Position numbers and translations under genes: made by a program
The notes under the pieces: generated by a model
Databases searched by the model: none
What the model saw: only the letters and a program-made list of their open reading frames with translations
Told to the model about the DNA's origin: nothing
Source of the DNA: Candidatus Eiseniibacteriota bacterium
GTDB lineage: Bacteria > Eisenbacteria > RBG-16-71-46
Direction of reading: 5' to 3'
DNA: 28,065 nt
Assembly: GCA_031364845.1 (NCBI GenBank)
Contig: JANLWX010000134.1
Coordinates: 1 to 28,065, forward strand
Shown: piece after piece, positions 16,388 to 25,047 of the stretch
Position numbering within the stretch: the stretch's first letter is position 1
Layout of the letters: each line of letters starts with the position of its first letter

Positions 16388-17377
16388 AGACCCAAACACC
16401 CGCATCCGGCTAACGCCCCCGTCCGGATAAATGTTCAGCATCACATGCGACACCGGGCCCACGTCCGCAAGTTCCTTCTCGAACCGATGGTTCTTGTCCG
16501 CCGCGAGCTTGGTTTTTCCCATCAACGGCGTCCACGAATGCTGTGTCCAGCTCAGGCCGTCGATGCTCTGGTCGGGAGCGTGGCACGCATCGATCGAGCA
16601 CTGATCGGGGAAGTTGCCTTTGAAGTGCTTCGTGTCCACTTCGATCGAGCGCACCCGGCCCGGACGCCCGAGCCGGACGATCGCCCAATCGTAGCCCGGC
16701 CCGCGCCGGCGCCGCGTCTCCCAGCCATCGCGCATGTCACGCGAGACGTGCGGCATGATCAGGTTCTCCTTCGAGCCGAAGAACATGTCGCTCGCCGCGA
16801 CGACCGCACCGCCATTCACGACCGATGCGAGATCGATCCCGTCCTTCTTAGCGCTGCTCCAGTCGGGCACGACCGTTCCATACACCCGCAGACGCGCGAC
16901 GCCTCCGTCGGGGAAGATGTGCAGCCGCAGGTGCGTCCAGCGGCCCGTGTTGAGCACCGGAAACAGATTGTGCGACCCCGGCGCCAAGGGCGAGCGTGGC
17001 AGCAACTCCTCCCAACTGTCCTCGGGGACAGTTGAATCGTTGTCCGCAACCGCCGCGCCCTCGATCGACGCGTACGGCGGATGATTGCCGAGGAAGTGAC
17101 TCGTATCGATGTCGACTCCGTGGATGATGCCCGGCAGCCCGAGCCGAATGACGCAATGATCGTGGCCCGGCACGCGCTTGCGGCGCGACTCCCAGCCGTC
17201 CATCCATTTGCCGAGATCCGTGTAGCGTTCCTTGTCGAAGATCGCGGGACCCGGCTGCAGCAGGTTCTCCTTCGCCGCGAAGAAATCATCCGTTGCCGAG
17301 AGTGTGGTGCCGCCGACGAGCTGCGACGCGAGGTCGACGAGCCCGGTAAACGAGGCGCTGCCGGTAGTGTCGTTCAT
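16382..17377 (-). CDS. alc: Allantoicase
   Basis: Two allantoicase repeats: DDFFA...MDGWESRRKR...PDGGVARLRVYG and SDMFFG...DGWETRRRR...PDGGVSRMRVFG. Start 17377 is chosen to avoid overlap with uraD. Confidence 0.94.
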   Translation of the reverse strand: MNDTTGSASFTGLVDLASQLVGGTTLSATDDFFAAKENLLQPGPAIFDKERYTDLGKWMDGWESRRKRVPGHDHCVIRLGLPGIIHGVDIDTSHFLGNHPPYASIEGAAVADNDSTVPEDSWEELLPRSPLAPGSHNLFPVLNTGRWTHLRLHIFPDGGVARLRVYGTVVPDWSSAKKDGIDLASVVNGGAVVAASDMFFGSKENLIMPHVSRDMRDGWETRRRRGPGYDWAIVRLGRPGRVRSIEVDTKHFKGNFPDQCSIDACHAPDQSIDGLSWTQHSWTPLMGKTKLAADKNHRFEKELADVGPVSHVMLNIYPDGGVSRMRVFGSL

Positions 17378-17432
17378 GGCCGCGATTGTATGCGCTTGCG
17401 CGAGGTTCGCAACTGGCCCACGATGCCTCGCC
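17378..17432. promoter_or_regulatory. Overlapping divergent promoters for alc and uraD
   Basis: Minus strand: TTGCGA-N16-TACAAT-N7-ATG(alc). Plus strand: TTGCGC-N17-CACGAT-N8-ATG(uraD). Confidence 0.6.
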
Positions 17433-17945
17433 ATGACGCTCGACCAGCTCAATCGACTGCCGTTGGATGAAGCGCGCGCCGCTTTCGAGCGCTGCTGCGG
17501 GGCGTCGGCGTGGGCTGATGCGATGTGTTCGGCGCGTCCTTACGCGGATCGTGATGCGCTGTTTGCGGCGGCGGATCGCACGGACGCTTCGATGCGCGAC
17601 GGCGATTGGCGCGAGGCGTTCACGCATCATCCCCGCATCGGCGATGCCGCGGCACTGCGAGAGCGCTTCGCCACGACCGCCGCATGGGCCGGCGATGAGC
17701 AGCGCGGCGCCAGCGGCGCGAGCGACCGGACGATCGAGGAGTTGGCCGCGGGGAACCGCGCCTACGAGCAGAAGTTCGGCTACATCTTCATCGTGTGCGC
17801 GACGGGCAAGAGCGCGGACGAGATGCTCGGGCTGTTGAACGCACGCATCGGGAACGATCTTGGTAAGGAGATCGGACTCGCAGCCGCGGAGCAGAAGAAG
17901 ATCACGAGACTGAGACTGGAGAAGCTGCTGGCGGAGGGAGCGTGA
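17433..17945 (+). CDS. uraD: OHCU decarboxylase
   Basis: MTLDQLNRLP...CCG...W, EAFTHHPRIG, EQ, GNRAYEQKFGYIFIVCATGKS, EQKKITRLRL. The true start is ATG 17433 within ORF 17232..17945. Confidence 0.93.
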   Translation: MTLDQLNRLPLDEARAAFERCCGASAWADAMCSARPYADRDALFAAADRTDASMRDGDWREAFTHHPRIGDAAALRERFATTAAWAGDEQRGASGASDRTIEELAAGNRAYEQKFGYIFIVCATGKSADEMLGLLNARIGNDLGKEIGLAAAEQKKITRLRLEKLLAEGA

Positions 17946-18021
17946 ATCGCGATCGCTCGAACGCCGGTCACAAAATAATGCGCACCGCGCGGGGCGCGGC
18001 GCGCGGCGTAGAAAGGCCGTC

Positions 18022-18360
18022 ATGAGCGGAATCACCACGCACATTCTCGACATCGCCGCCGGCACGCCCGCTCAGGGCGTCGCCGTGCGGCTCGACAAAC
18101 TCGCCGGCACCGGATGGGACCGCATCTCCGAGCGCGCGACCGACGCCAACGGGAGAGTCGAGGACCTGCACCTCGGCCCGCAGGTGCCGAAGGGCCTCTA
18201 CCGGATCACATTCGCGACGCGCCCGTACTTCCACACCAAAGGCCTGCCGACGTTCTATCCGGAAGTGCACGTGATGTTCGAAGTCGGAGACCCGGGACAG
18301 CACTATCATGTGCCGCTGCTGCTGAGCCCTTATGGGTATTCGACGTATCGGGGGAGCTGA
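18022..18360 (+). CDS. uraH: 5-hydroxyisourate hydrolase (transthyretin-like, cytoplasmic)
   Basis: ITTHILD..G.PA.GV, TDANGR, FYPEV, and the C-terminal HYHVPLLLSPYGYSTYRGS signature. Confidence 0.96.
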   Translation: MSGITTHILDIAAGTPAQGVAVRLDKLAGTGWDRISERATDANGRVEDLHLGPQVPKGLYRITFATRPYFHTKGLPTFYPEVHVMFEVGDPGQHYHVPLLLSPYGYSTYRGS

Positions 18361-18530
18361 GGGCGGCCGTCGTGCGGCGATTCAGCGAAAGGCCCAATCC
18401 CGCGTCGGATCGCTAACTCTTTGTGGGCGGAGGCGTTCGGCTGTGAAGATGTGGTTCGAAGTTTACATAACGTCCGGTTACGCGACGTGACACGCAGGCT
18501 CAGCCATTCAGTCGTTCTTGGTGAATCCCC

Positions 18531-18559
18531 TTGGCGGATACCCCCCCCCGAGCTACGCT
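18531..18559 (+). promoter_or_regulatory. Candidate sigma70 promoter with a C9 homopolymer in the spacer
   Basis: TTGGCG-gataCCCCCCCCCgagc(17 nt)-TACGCT, ending 49 nt upstream of ATG 18609. Confidence 0.55.
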
Positions 18560-18608
18560 CCGCACGGTCATGCACTAGGCATTTCTTTCACTTCCCTGGG
18601 GTCACCCC

Positions 18609-21600
18609 ATGAGAGCGTTGACGGCTGCTGGATGCTCACTTCTTGCTGTTGCTTGCGCATTCTGCATGATTGCCTGCCTCGTCAGCCCTTGTGTCGGCGG
18701 TGGACCGGCCGACGGGCGCACACTCGCAACTGCAACTGTAACGGAGGCCGACCGCGACGGCGATGGCGTTTCGGACGCCACGGAGAGCATGCTTATTGCG
18801 CGCCACGCGCCCTACTACTATTTCGACAGTAAGGAGGAGCACTGGCCTGCTGGAGCTCTTTGGTATGCACAGCGGTGCGCGCTCAAGCTGACTCACCCTG
18901 GAAGCCCGTCAGAACGGTGCTATTGGGCGCAGGAAACTGTGCTTCCGCGAACCTCGAGCGACCCTAATAAGCCGACGACAGGTACTCATCCGGAGCTCAT
19001 TTTGCAAAAGGTGTTCGAGGGTCCCCCGAACTGCGATCAGTGCCCGCCACAGGCTCCGGGCCTTCCGGTGTGCCTCTCGACGGCCTCTAACATCCTCTGC
19101 ACACACGACTTCCTTAATAGGACGCGTTACAGCCTCGATCCTCCCGACGAATCATGGGTCTACCGCGGCGAGGCCAGCGAATTTCTCGATGCAAACGGTG
19201 ACCCGCACGTTCCGAATCGGTTGAACATCGGGCTCTATGCCCATGTCTTGCGCTACCCTAACACGAGTACAATCATCATCCAGTATCTGCAATTCTTCGC
19301 TAAGAACAACATCTACGGCTCTCGCGCTGACCAGGGCTGGCACGAAGGCGACTGGCTTTATTTGGAGGTCTATGTCAATGATCTTCCGGCCAGCAACTAT
19401 CCCATTTCACAAATTGTGTACCACCACCACGGAGATGGAACCTGCGACGCAAGCAGAGTGCTGCCCTCAGCGTGCTTCGGCCTTTGCGGCGGAACTTCCG
19501 GTTATTACACGGTGCAGATTGCGAACATTGCCGACGCGCTGGTCCCTGGCACACAGCACCCGCGTTGCTACATAGAAGCGGGATCGCACGAGTGGTATCC
19601 GTACCCAGCGACTAACGAGTCGTGCGCCAAGTACTTGGGCCAAGGCGACTTCATTCACCGCGGCAACGGTCTCCAGTATCAGACCGCAGACATTCCGAAC
19701 CTTGGCGAGGTTGGCTCCCCACTGCCGGATGCGTCGGGGGCGATCCCACTCGAGAACGAACTCGTCCTGCTCTACAGCGGACTGTGGGGCGACGATGGGG
19801 GGTTCGCCGTCGGGGACCCGCCTCCCGGTCCCGTGTTTATGGAAGGAGTTCACGCAAACAACCTGTTTGATCCCCACAAGTTCTGGACCACTGGACCCAG
19901 CTATCCTCCAGCAGCGGCCACGCTGAGGTCTCCAGGGGATGGCGATGTGTGTGTCAGCGTGAGTTCTCCGGTCACATTAGTCTGGGATCCCGTCCCGTAT
20001 TCAGAGTCCTATGGTGTCCAGTTGGCGACCCACCCCTCGTTTCTCGGGGGGAGCATCATCTACGACGAGCCGACTTCCAAAGCCATGGCTACGGTTGGCG
20101 GCCTAGCATTCTCCACCCGCTACTACTGGCGCGTCGTAACTATCACACCGTTTTGCGCCAAGACAATTCAGGTTGCAAGTGCTGTCTTCGAGACGGAGTC
20201 GCAACATCCCGCCGGTGTGCCGACGCTCCTAACGCCATCGAATGGCGCAGTCGCTCAACCCACAGTCGGCCTGCTCGATTGGTCGGACGTTCCTTTCGCC
20301 TCACGATATAAGGTCACGATACGCTGTCCGGGGGGAAAACAAGTCGTCAGTACGTCCGTTCCTCAATCGCGGTATTCGTACACGCTCCCAGAGGGTACGT
20401 ACGAGTGGTCGATCCGGCCGTACAACTCGTGCAATAGCACCCCCGGCACATCGGTCGCGTTTACGATGACTGTTGGAGTCGGGTGCGACCTCGTGGCCCC
20501 GCTTCTGACTGCGCCAGCCGATTCGGCCCGTTGTCAGCCGCAATTGCTGACGCTTCGCTGGGACCCGATACCGAACGTCACAGACTACATTGTTCGCGTG
20601 CGACGCAATTCGCACGAGCAGCGCCCTTGTGACGACAAGGGCGACGAAGTGCTTGTGCACACGAATCAATATGAATTTGCTGCGTCGGAGGATCATCCCG
20701 GTGAAACGTATGAATGGAGCGTTCGGGATGCGTGCCCGTGCTCACCATTTGCGGCGTGCCGCAGGTTCGAAACGGTAGGCGATTCTACGGATCTCAGAGT
20801 TCCGAGCCCCAGGTCACCAGAACAAGGCGCCGCGAACCAGCCTCTATCTGGCAAGCTAGAGTGGCGGCGTGAACCAAGAGCATCCCGGTACCGCTTGCAG
20901 GTAGGACAGGAATGCGAGCTTGGGGCTACCTATGATGTGGACACAACGTATTTTGATTACTCGGGGCTTTCTCAAAGTACGACATATTGCTGGCGAGTGG
21001 CGACGCTAGATGCCTGCGGGCAGTCATCTGAATACTCGGATTGCTTCCACTTTGGGACAATGGCGACCGAGGGCATTGACCGCGTGTTCTTCGGAGGCGG
21101 CCTGCTATTTCAGCGTGGGCAAAGCGGGATAGCAATTCCGGTCAAGGCGGAAAATCTTGGCGGGCTGCTCGGGGCCAAGATGTCGCTTCAGTTGGATCCC
21201 AATGTCTTTGAATACGTAGGAGTGTCATCTGCTGACACGCGCAGCGATGGAGGGGTAGGTATTATTCCAAGATACGATCCTAGCGGACGTCTCGATGTCG
21301 CACTTGCGTATGCGGGCAACAATGAGTGCACGCCGTCCATTGCCCCCGGCATTGGCGACCTGTTCAAGGTTCTTGTGAAGGTGCGACCCGGCGCGCCGCT
21401 GGGGACTGCCACTCTGGGCTTTGTCGACCGAGCGCAATTCGATATCTGTGCGGCGCAGCGTATCCGACACGTGGATGCTGTGCCTTTTGATGGGCGGGCC
21501 GCAATCGCCGACGACACGACGAGAACGACGTTTGGAATTGACCGCGTGTTCTTTCGAAGAGGTCTGTTCTTCAATCAGGGTCAGAGTGGGGTGGAGATTC

Positions 21601-22529
21601 CAGTAGGGGCGGAGAATCTGGGTGGACTTCTTAACGCCCAGATGACCGTGCAGTTAGATCCCGAAGTGTTCGAATACGTGGGCCTGTCATCTGTTGGCAC
21701 GCGGAGTGAGGGTGCCGTAAGCATTACACCCAGATACGATAGAAACGGAAGGCTCAATGTCTCCGTAGCGTATTCTCTCGATCAGGGCTGCCTGCCGTCG
21801 ATCCCCGCCGGCACTGGAGATCTGTTCAAGATTCTCGCGAACGTGCGGCCTACCGCACCTCTGGGGCCTGTCACTCTTGGTTTCACGGACCGTGTTAAGT
21901 TCGACACCTGCGGGGTACAGGGGCCTCGTTATCACGTAGATGCCGTGCCTGTCGATGGGCGTGCCGTGATTCGCAAGGATGACACGCCTGTGTTGTCCTC
22001 GCTCGTTAGTGCGGAAGTCGATCTGCTTGGCATTAGGTTGAGGTGGATGATTGTTGGCAGCACCAACGCTGCAGTCAAGATCTATCGCTCCGAGCCGGGG
22101 TCTTACTGGCGTGAGGTTGGCGCGGTCAATCCCGATGGAAGTGGATTTGCGACGTACTATGATCGGGCGGTTGAAAGTGGTGCGCGCTATGGTTATCGCG
22201 TTGGCGTTACGGACCAAGCGGGCGAGCAATTCTTCGGTGAAACGTGGGTCACGATGCCGGTGACCCTGACGTTCGCCCTCGAGGGGTTGCGACCGAACCC
22301 AGCAGACAACGAGATTGTGGTGTCATTGTCGCTGCCGACGAGCATACCGGCATCCATTGAACTGGTGGATCTTTCCGGGAGAGTTGTGGTGCGCCGAGAG
22401 GTGGTCGCGAGGCCGGGTAGCCAGACAGTGAGTCTGAAAGGCGGGCGCGCGCTCCCGTCGGGCATCTACCTTGCGCGACTTACCCAGGGGGGGCGCTCGG
22501 TCACCCGCAAGGTCTGCGTTGTCCATTGA
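18609..22529 (+). CDS. Exported multidomain protein: Ca-binding DxDGDG motif, Vps62/NPP1-like domain, 4 FN3-like repeats, 2 cohesin-like repeats, T9SS/FlgD-like C-terminal domain
   Basis: Hydrophobic N-terminus followed by DRDGDGVSD. The motif series APYYYF..EEHWP, IQYLQFF, HEGDW, YHHH, GSHEWY, WG..PPGP follows. P.L..P.(D/N)G...L.W...Y.W.V occurs four times, GIDRVFF...AENLGGLL twice, and the C-terminus has PNPA...DLSGRVV...SGIYLARL. Confidence 0.8.
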   Translation: MRALTAAGCSLLAVACAFCMIACLVSPCVGGGPADGRTLATATVTEADRDGDGVSDATESMLIARHAPYYYFDSKEEHWPAGALWYAQRCALKLTHPGSPSERCYWAQETVLPRTSSDPNKPTTGTHPELILQKVFEGPPNCDQCPPQAPGLPVCLSTASNILCTHDFLNRTRYSLDPPDESWVYRGEASEFLDANGDPHVPNRLNIGLYAHVLRYPNTSTIIIQYLQFFAKNNIYGSRADQGWHEGDWLYLEVYVNDLPASNYPISQIVYHHHGDGTCDASRVLPSACFGLCGGTSGYYTVQIANIADALVPGTQHPRCYIEAGSHEWYPYPATNESCAKYLGQGDFIHRGNGLQYQTADIPNLGEVGSPLPDASGAIPLENELVLLYSGLWGDDGGFAVGDPPPGPVFMEGVHANNLFDPHKFWTTGPSYPPAAATLRSPGDGDVCVSVSSPVTLVWDPVPYSESYGVQLATHPSFLGGSIIYDEPTSKAMATVGGLAFSTRYYWRVVTITPFCAKTIQVASAVFETESQHPAGVPTLLTPSNGAVAQPTVGLLDWSDVPFASRYKVTIRCPGGKQVVSTSVPQSRYSYTLPEGTYEWSIRPYNSCNSTPGTSVAFTMTVGVGCDLVAPLLTAPADSARCQPQLLTLRWDPIPNVTDYIVRVRRNSHEQRPCDDKGDEVLVHTNQYEFAASEDHPGETYEWSVRDACPCSPFAACRRFETVGDSTDLRVPSPRSPEQGAANQPLSGKLEWRREPRASRYRLQVGQECELGATYDVDTTYFDYSGLSQSTTYCWRVATLDACGQSSEYSDCFHFGTMATEGIDRVFFGGGLLFQRGQSGIAIPVKAENLGGLLGAKMSLQLDPNVFEYVGVSSADTRSDGGVGIIPRYDPSGRLDVALAYAGNNECTPSIAPGIGDLFKVLVKVRPGAPLGTATLGFVDRAQFDICAAQRIRHVDAVPFDGRAAIADDTTRTTFGIDRVFFRRGLFFNQGQSGVEIPVGAENLGGLLNAQMTVQLDPEVFEYVGLSSVGTRSEGAVSITPRYDRNGRLNVSVAYSLDQGCLPSIPAGTGDLFKILANVRPTAPLGPVTLGFTDRVKFDTCGVQGPRYHVDAVPVDGRAVIRKDDTPVLSSLVSAEVDLLGIRLRWMIVGSTNAAVKIYRSEPGSYWREVGAVNPDGSGFATYYDRAVESGARYGYRVGVTDQAGEQFFGETWVTMPVTLTFALEGLRPNPADNEIVVSLSLPTSIPASIELVDLSGRVVVRREVVARPGSQTVSLKGGRALPSGIYLARLTQGGRSVTRKVCVVH
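21072..21985 (+). repeat. Intragenic tandem duplication (462-nt period) of a cohesin-like domain
   Basis: ATTGACCGCGTGTTCTT recurs at 21075 and 21537. The protein copies align end to end (LDP.VFEYVG.SS..TRS, GDLFK.L..VRP.APLG, HVDAVP.DGRA.I). Confidence 0.88.
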
Positions 22530-22635
22530 CGCGCGCCGCGAAGGAGTGTTGCTGACAGGTGCCGCGCGTCGAGAGAAGTGTCTTTCTCCGCCGCAGCACG
22601 CGACCGGCATCAGTTTCCGCTGGCGAGAGACCCTC

Positions 22636-23292
22636 ATGCCGCAAGTTCGTCTCTTCGTCGCGCGCGCGTCGCGTGTATTGCTGTCTCTCTTGCTTACAGC
22701 CGGCTGCGCCACGCGTAGCCATGACCGCCCGCTGGCCGTGAACGGAACGCTTCACGGCGAAGTCCCTGCAGGTGCCCCGGGCGACTCGGTCTTGGTGGTT
22801 GGCGTCCCGAGCTCCGAAGAGGCATTGGCGCCAGATTCCGATTTGAGTTTACTCGGTGTCGCGGGTGAGTTGCGGCTCGCAGCCGCGCTGGAAGAGTCCA
22901 TGCGCAATAAGCCGATGCCCGATTCCCTCGAACCCTCGGTCGGGTGGAGTGATTCGGTGTTGAGTACACTGCCGTTCCGCCCCGCCCCGGTGTTCCTGCG
23001 GCTACCGCACAGGAAGGTGTCAACAACGCTGCACGTGGCCGCGCTCGTCAACCAGACCTGGCAACGGACGACACTTCTCGATTCCCCCGCGCACCCAGTG
23101 CGATACGCCGCGCTCGACGCGAGGCGCCGATGGGGTCCGGTGGAGCTCCCGCCCGGAGAGTACTTCGTGTTGGCCCGTGTTCCGTGGAAAAGCCCAGATG
23201 GAGTGCTGGTTCTCGTCGACCACGCCACGTGCGCTGCCGGGGACACTGGCCTCGTCGTGTCGGTCGCGCCGCAACATCGCAGGCCGAACTGA
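22636..23292 (+). CDS. Hypothetical lipoprotein
   Basis: From ATG 22636 the sequence is MPQVRLFVARASRVLLSLLLTAG-C (lipobox). The C-terminal LPPGEYFVLA suggests a small beta-sandwich. Confidence 0.55.
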   Translation: MPQVRLFVARASRVLLSLLLTAGCATRSHDRPLAVNGTLHGEVPAGAPGDSVLVVGVPSSEEALAPDSDLSLLGVAGELRLAAALEESMRNKPMPDSLEPSVGWSDSVLSTLPFRPAPVFLRLPHRKVSTTLHVAALVNQTWQRTTLLDSPAHPVRYAALDARRRWGPVELPPGEYFVLARVPWKSPDGVLVLVDHATCAAGDTGLVVSVAPQHRRPN

Positions 23293-23483
23293 CCAGGTAG
23301 CCCTCGTGTGACCATCGGGTCGAATCGAGCTCTCTCTACCAGACGGATCGACTTGTTGACTTGTTCGCTGGTTCTTCGGCCCAAAGGCTCTGCCTCTTGC
23401 CAGGTTCCCCTCACGGTGCTCTTCTGTACGTGATAATCGGTTTTCGCACGTACCGCACCGACTCTCACATTCACTCGACCCCA

Positions 23484-24839
23484 CTACACCCCCCGCCTCC
23501 GATTCAAAATCTTCACAAATGACCGCATCCGCAGCTCCTCATACGTCAGCCCGGTCGCGATCGCGTCGTCTTCGCTGAACGCTCCGCAGTTGATCCCGCG
23601 CAGGAAGAAGTTCAGCAGTCCCTGGCCGGTCGCGGCGTCGTCGAACACGTTTCCGAGCAGTGTTGCCTGGGCGGCTTTCTCCATGAACTGCTTCAACCGC
23701 GCGGCTGCTTCTTCTTTCGCTTCCAGGAAGAACGCGTAGACCGCGGCGTATCGCGTGGGCAATTGCCCCGGATGCAAATCCCAGCCCTGGTAGTAGGCGT
23801 GCCGCAGCGACGAGCGCACATCGTCGTAATGGATCTTCCACGCATGGTGCACGCCGCGCTGGTTCTCGGCGATCTGCGCCGCAGTGAGCTTCGGCCCGCC
23901 CGCCATCGCGCGATGCGGCGTCACGGGCATCACCGTCGTCGCGCCATCCGACAGCGTCACACCCAATCCCGATGACGACACCTGCATCACATGCCGCGCG
24001 AAGTCGCACGCCGGATGCGAAGGCATCTGGTGCATCGCGGTGATGTTCACGCTCGCGGTGTAGTCGTAGACGCCGAAGTGCAACCCGCGGCAGCGACCGC
24101 GGGCGTTTGCGACCAACTGAGGGATCGCGAACGCCCCTGACGTCGAGACGATCGACTGCGGCGTCTCGATCATCAGCTCCATGCGCAGCGCGCCCGGGAA
24201 CAGCCCCGCGCCGCGCTCGAGCAGCTCGAACGCCTCGACCAGTGCCGACACCTGTTCGGGCACGGTGATCTTGGGCAGCGTCACGACGAAGTGGGGAGGC
24301 AGCACGCCGCCGCTCGCTTCGACCAGTGAGGTCACGTACAGATCCAGGGTCCGCAGGCTGCGCGCGTACAGTTCTTCGGTGAACGGCTTGATGCGAATGC
24401 CGATGAACGGCGGCAGCGTGTGGGCGAGCAAGCCTTTCGCGGTCTCTTCACCAGCGGCGAGCGCATGGCCATCTTCTTCGGCGTCGTACCGGTTGCCGTA
24501 TCCATCCTCGAAGTCGATCCGGAAGTCCTCGACAGGTTCGTGCTGGAGCTTGTCGTGAACGCGCGCGTGAACCGCCGCCGCAAGCTTCGCGTCGTCGCCG
24601 AGTCCGATCGCCTGCGCGAATGTCGCGGGATCGGGCGCGTACTCATCGAACATCCGCAGCCCGGCCGCGCCGAGTTTCTGTCCGATGTCGGCGCTGAACA
24701 GGTGCGCTCCGCCGTAGACGGTGTGCACGGGCTGGCGGTCGGGCTTGTCGCCAGGATGGGAGGCGTTGAACTGGCGGTTGGCCTCGGCGAGGCGGGACAG
24801 TATGTCCGCCATGGCATCCAACTTGAGGACATTGGGCAT
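23484..24839 (-). CDS. CitE/HpcH-like lyase family protein (DUF6986 type)
   Basis: RQPVHTVYGGAHLF, RIDFEDGYG, GIRIK, TLPK, MIETP, HFGVYDY, SDGAT, YQGWDLHPGQL. SD GGAGGT is present. Confidence 0.85.
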   Translation of the reverse strand: MPNVLKLDAMADILSRLAEANRQFNASHPGDKPDRQPVHTVYGGAHLFSADIGQKLGAAGLRMFDEYAPDPATFAQAIGLGDDAKLAAAVHARVHDKLQHEPVEDFRIDFEDGYGNRYDAEEDGHALAAGEETAKGLLAHTLPPFIGIRIKPFTEELYARSLRTLDLYVTSLVEASGGVLPPHFVVTLPKITVPEQVSALVEAFELLERGAGLFPGALRMELMIETPQSIVSTSGAFAIPQLVANARGRCRGLHFGVYDYTASVNITAMHQMPSHPACDFARHVMQVSSSGLGVTLSDGATTVMPVTPHRAMAGGPKLTAAQIAENQRGVHHAWKIHYDDVRSSLRHAYYQGWDLHPGQLPTRYAAVYAFFLEAKEEAAARLKQFMEKAAQATLLGNVFDDAATGQGLLNFFLRGINCGAFSEDDAIATGLTYEELRMRSFVKILNRRRGV

Positions 24840-25047
24840 CTGCGTTTCACCTCCGGGAGTGGGCAGCCCGACTGCGTCGGGCGGACACTATCCCGGCGCG
24901 TTCCCGAACCGCCAGCGCGAACCCCCTAAAAGGACGAATTTTCGGGACCGAACGGGCCGATAACCGTTCCACGGGTTTCCATCTCCGTCGTTCCCGATCT
25001 CATACCGCTCGCGGCCCTCGAATTGGGCCTGCAAGGAGGCTCGCCTC

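Noticed and set aside
17232..17452. Apparent head-to-head overlap of alc (to 17452) and uraD (from 17232)
   Set aside because: An artefact of longest-ORF calling. Family homology begins at 17377 and 17433, and promoter-like boxes lie between them.
18009..18021. TAGAAA 7 nt before the uraH start as another leaderless promoter
   Set aside because: It lacks the conserved final T and overlaps a plausible SD (AAAGG), so it is ambiguous.
22487..22493. G7 run near the 3' end of the 1306-aa gene
   Set aside because: Too short to argue for phase variation. It encodes ordinary Gln-Gly-Gly and the frame is intact.
22471..22635. N-terminal extension of the 273-aa ORF overlapping the upstream gene
   Set aside because: The lipoprotein-type signal begins at ATG 22636, and the extension overlaps the previous CDS.
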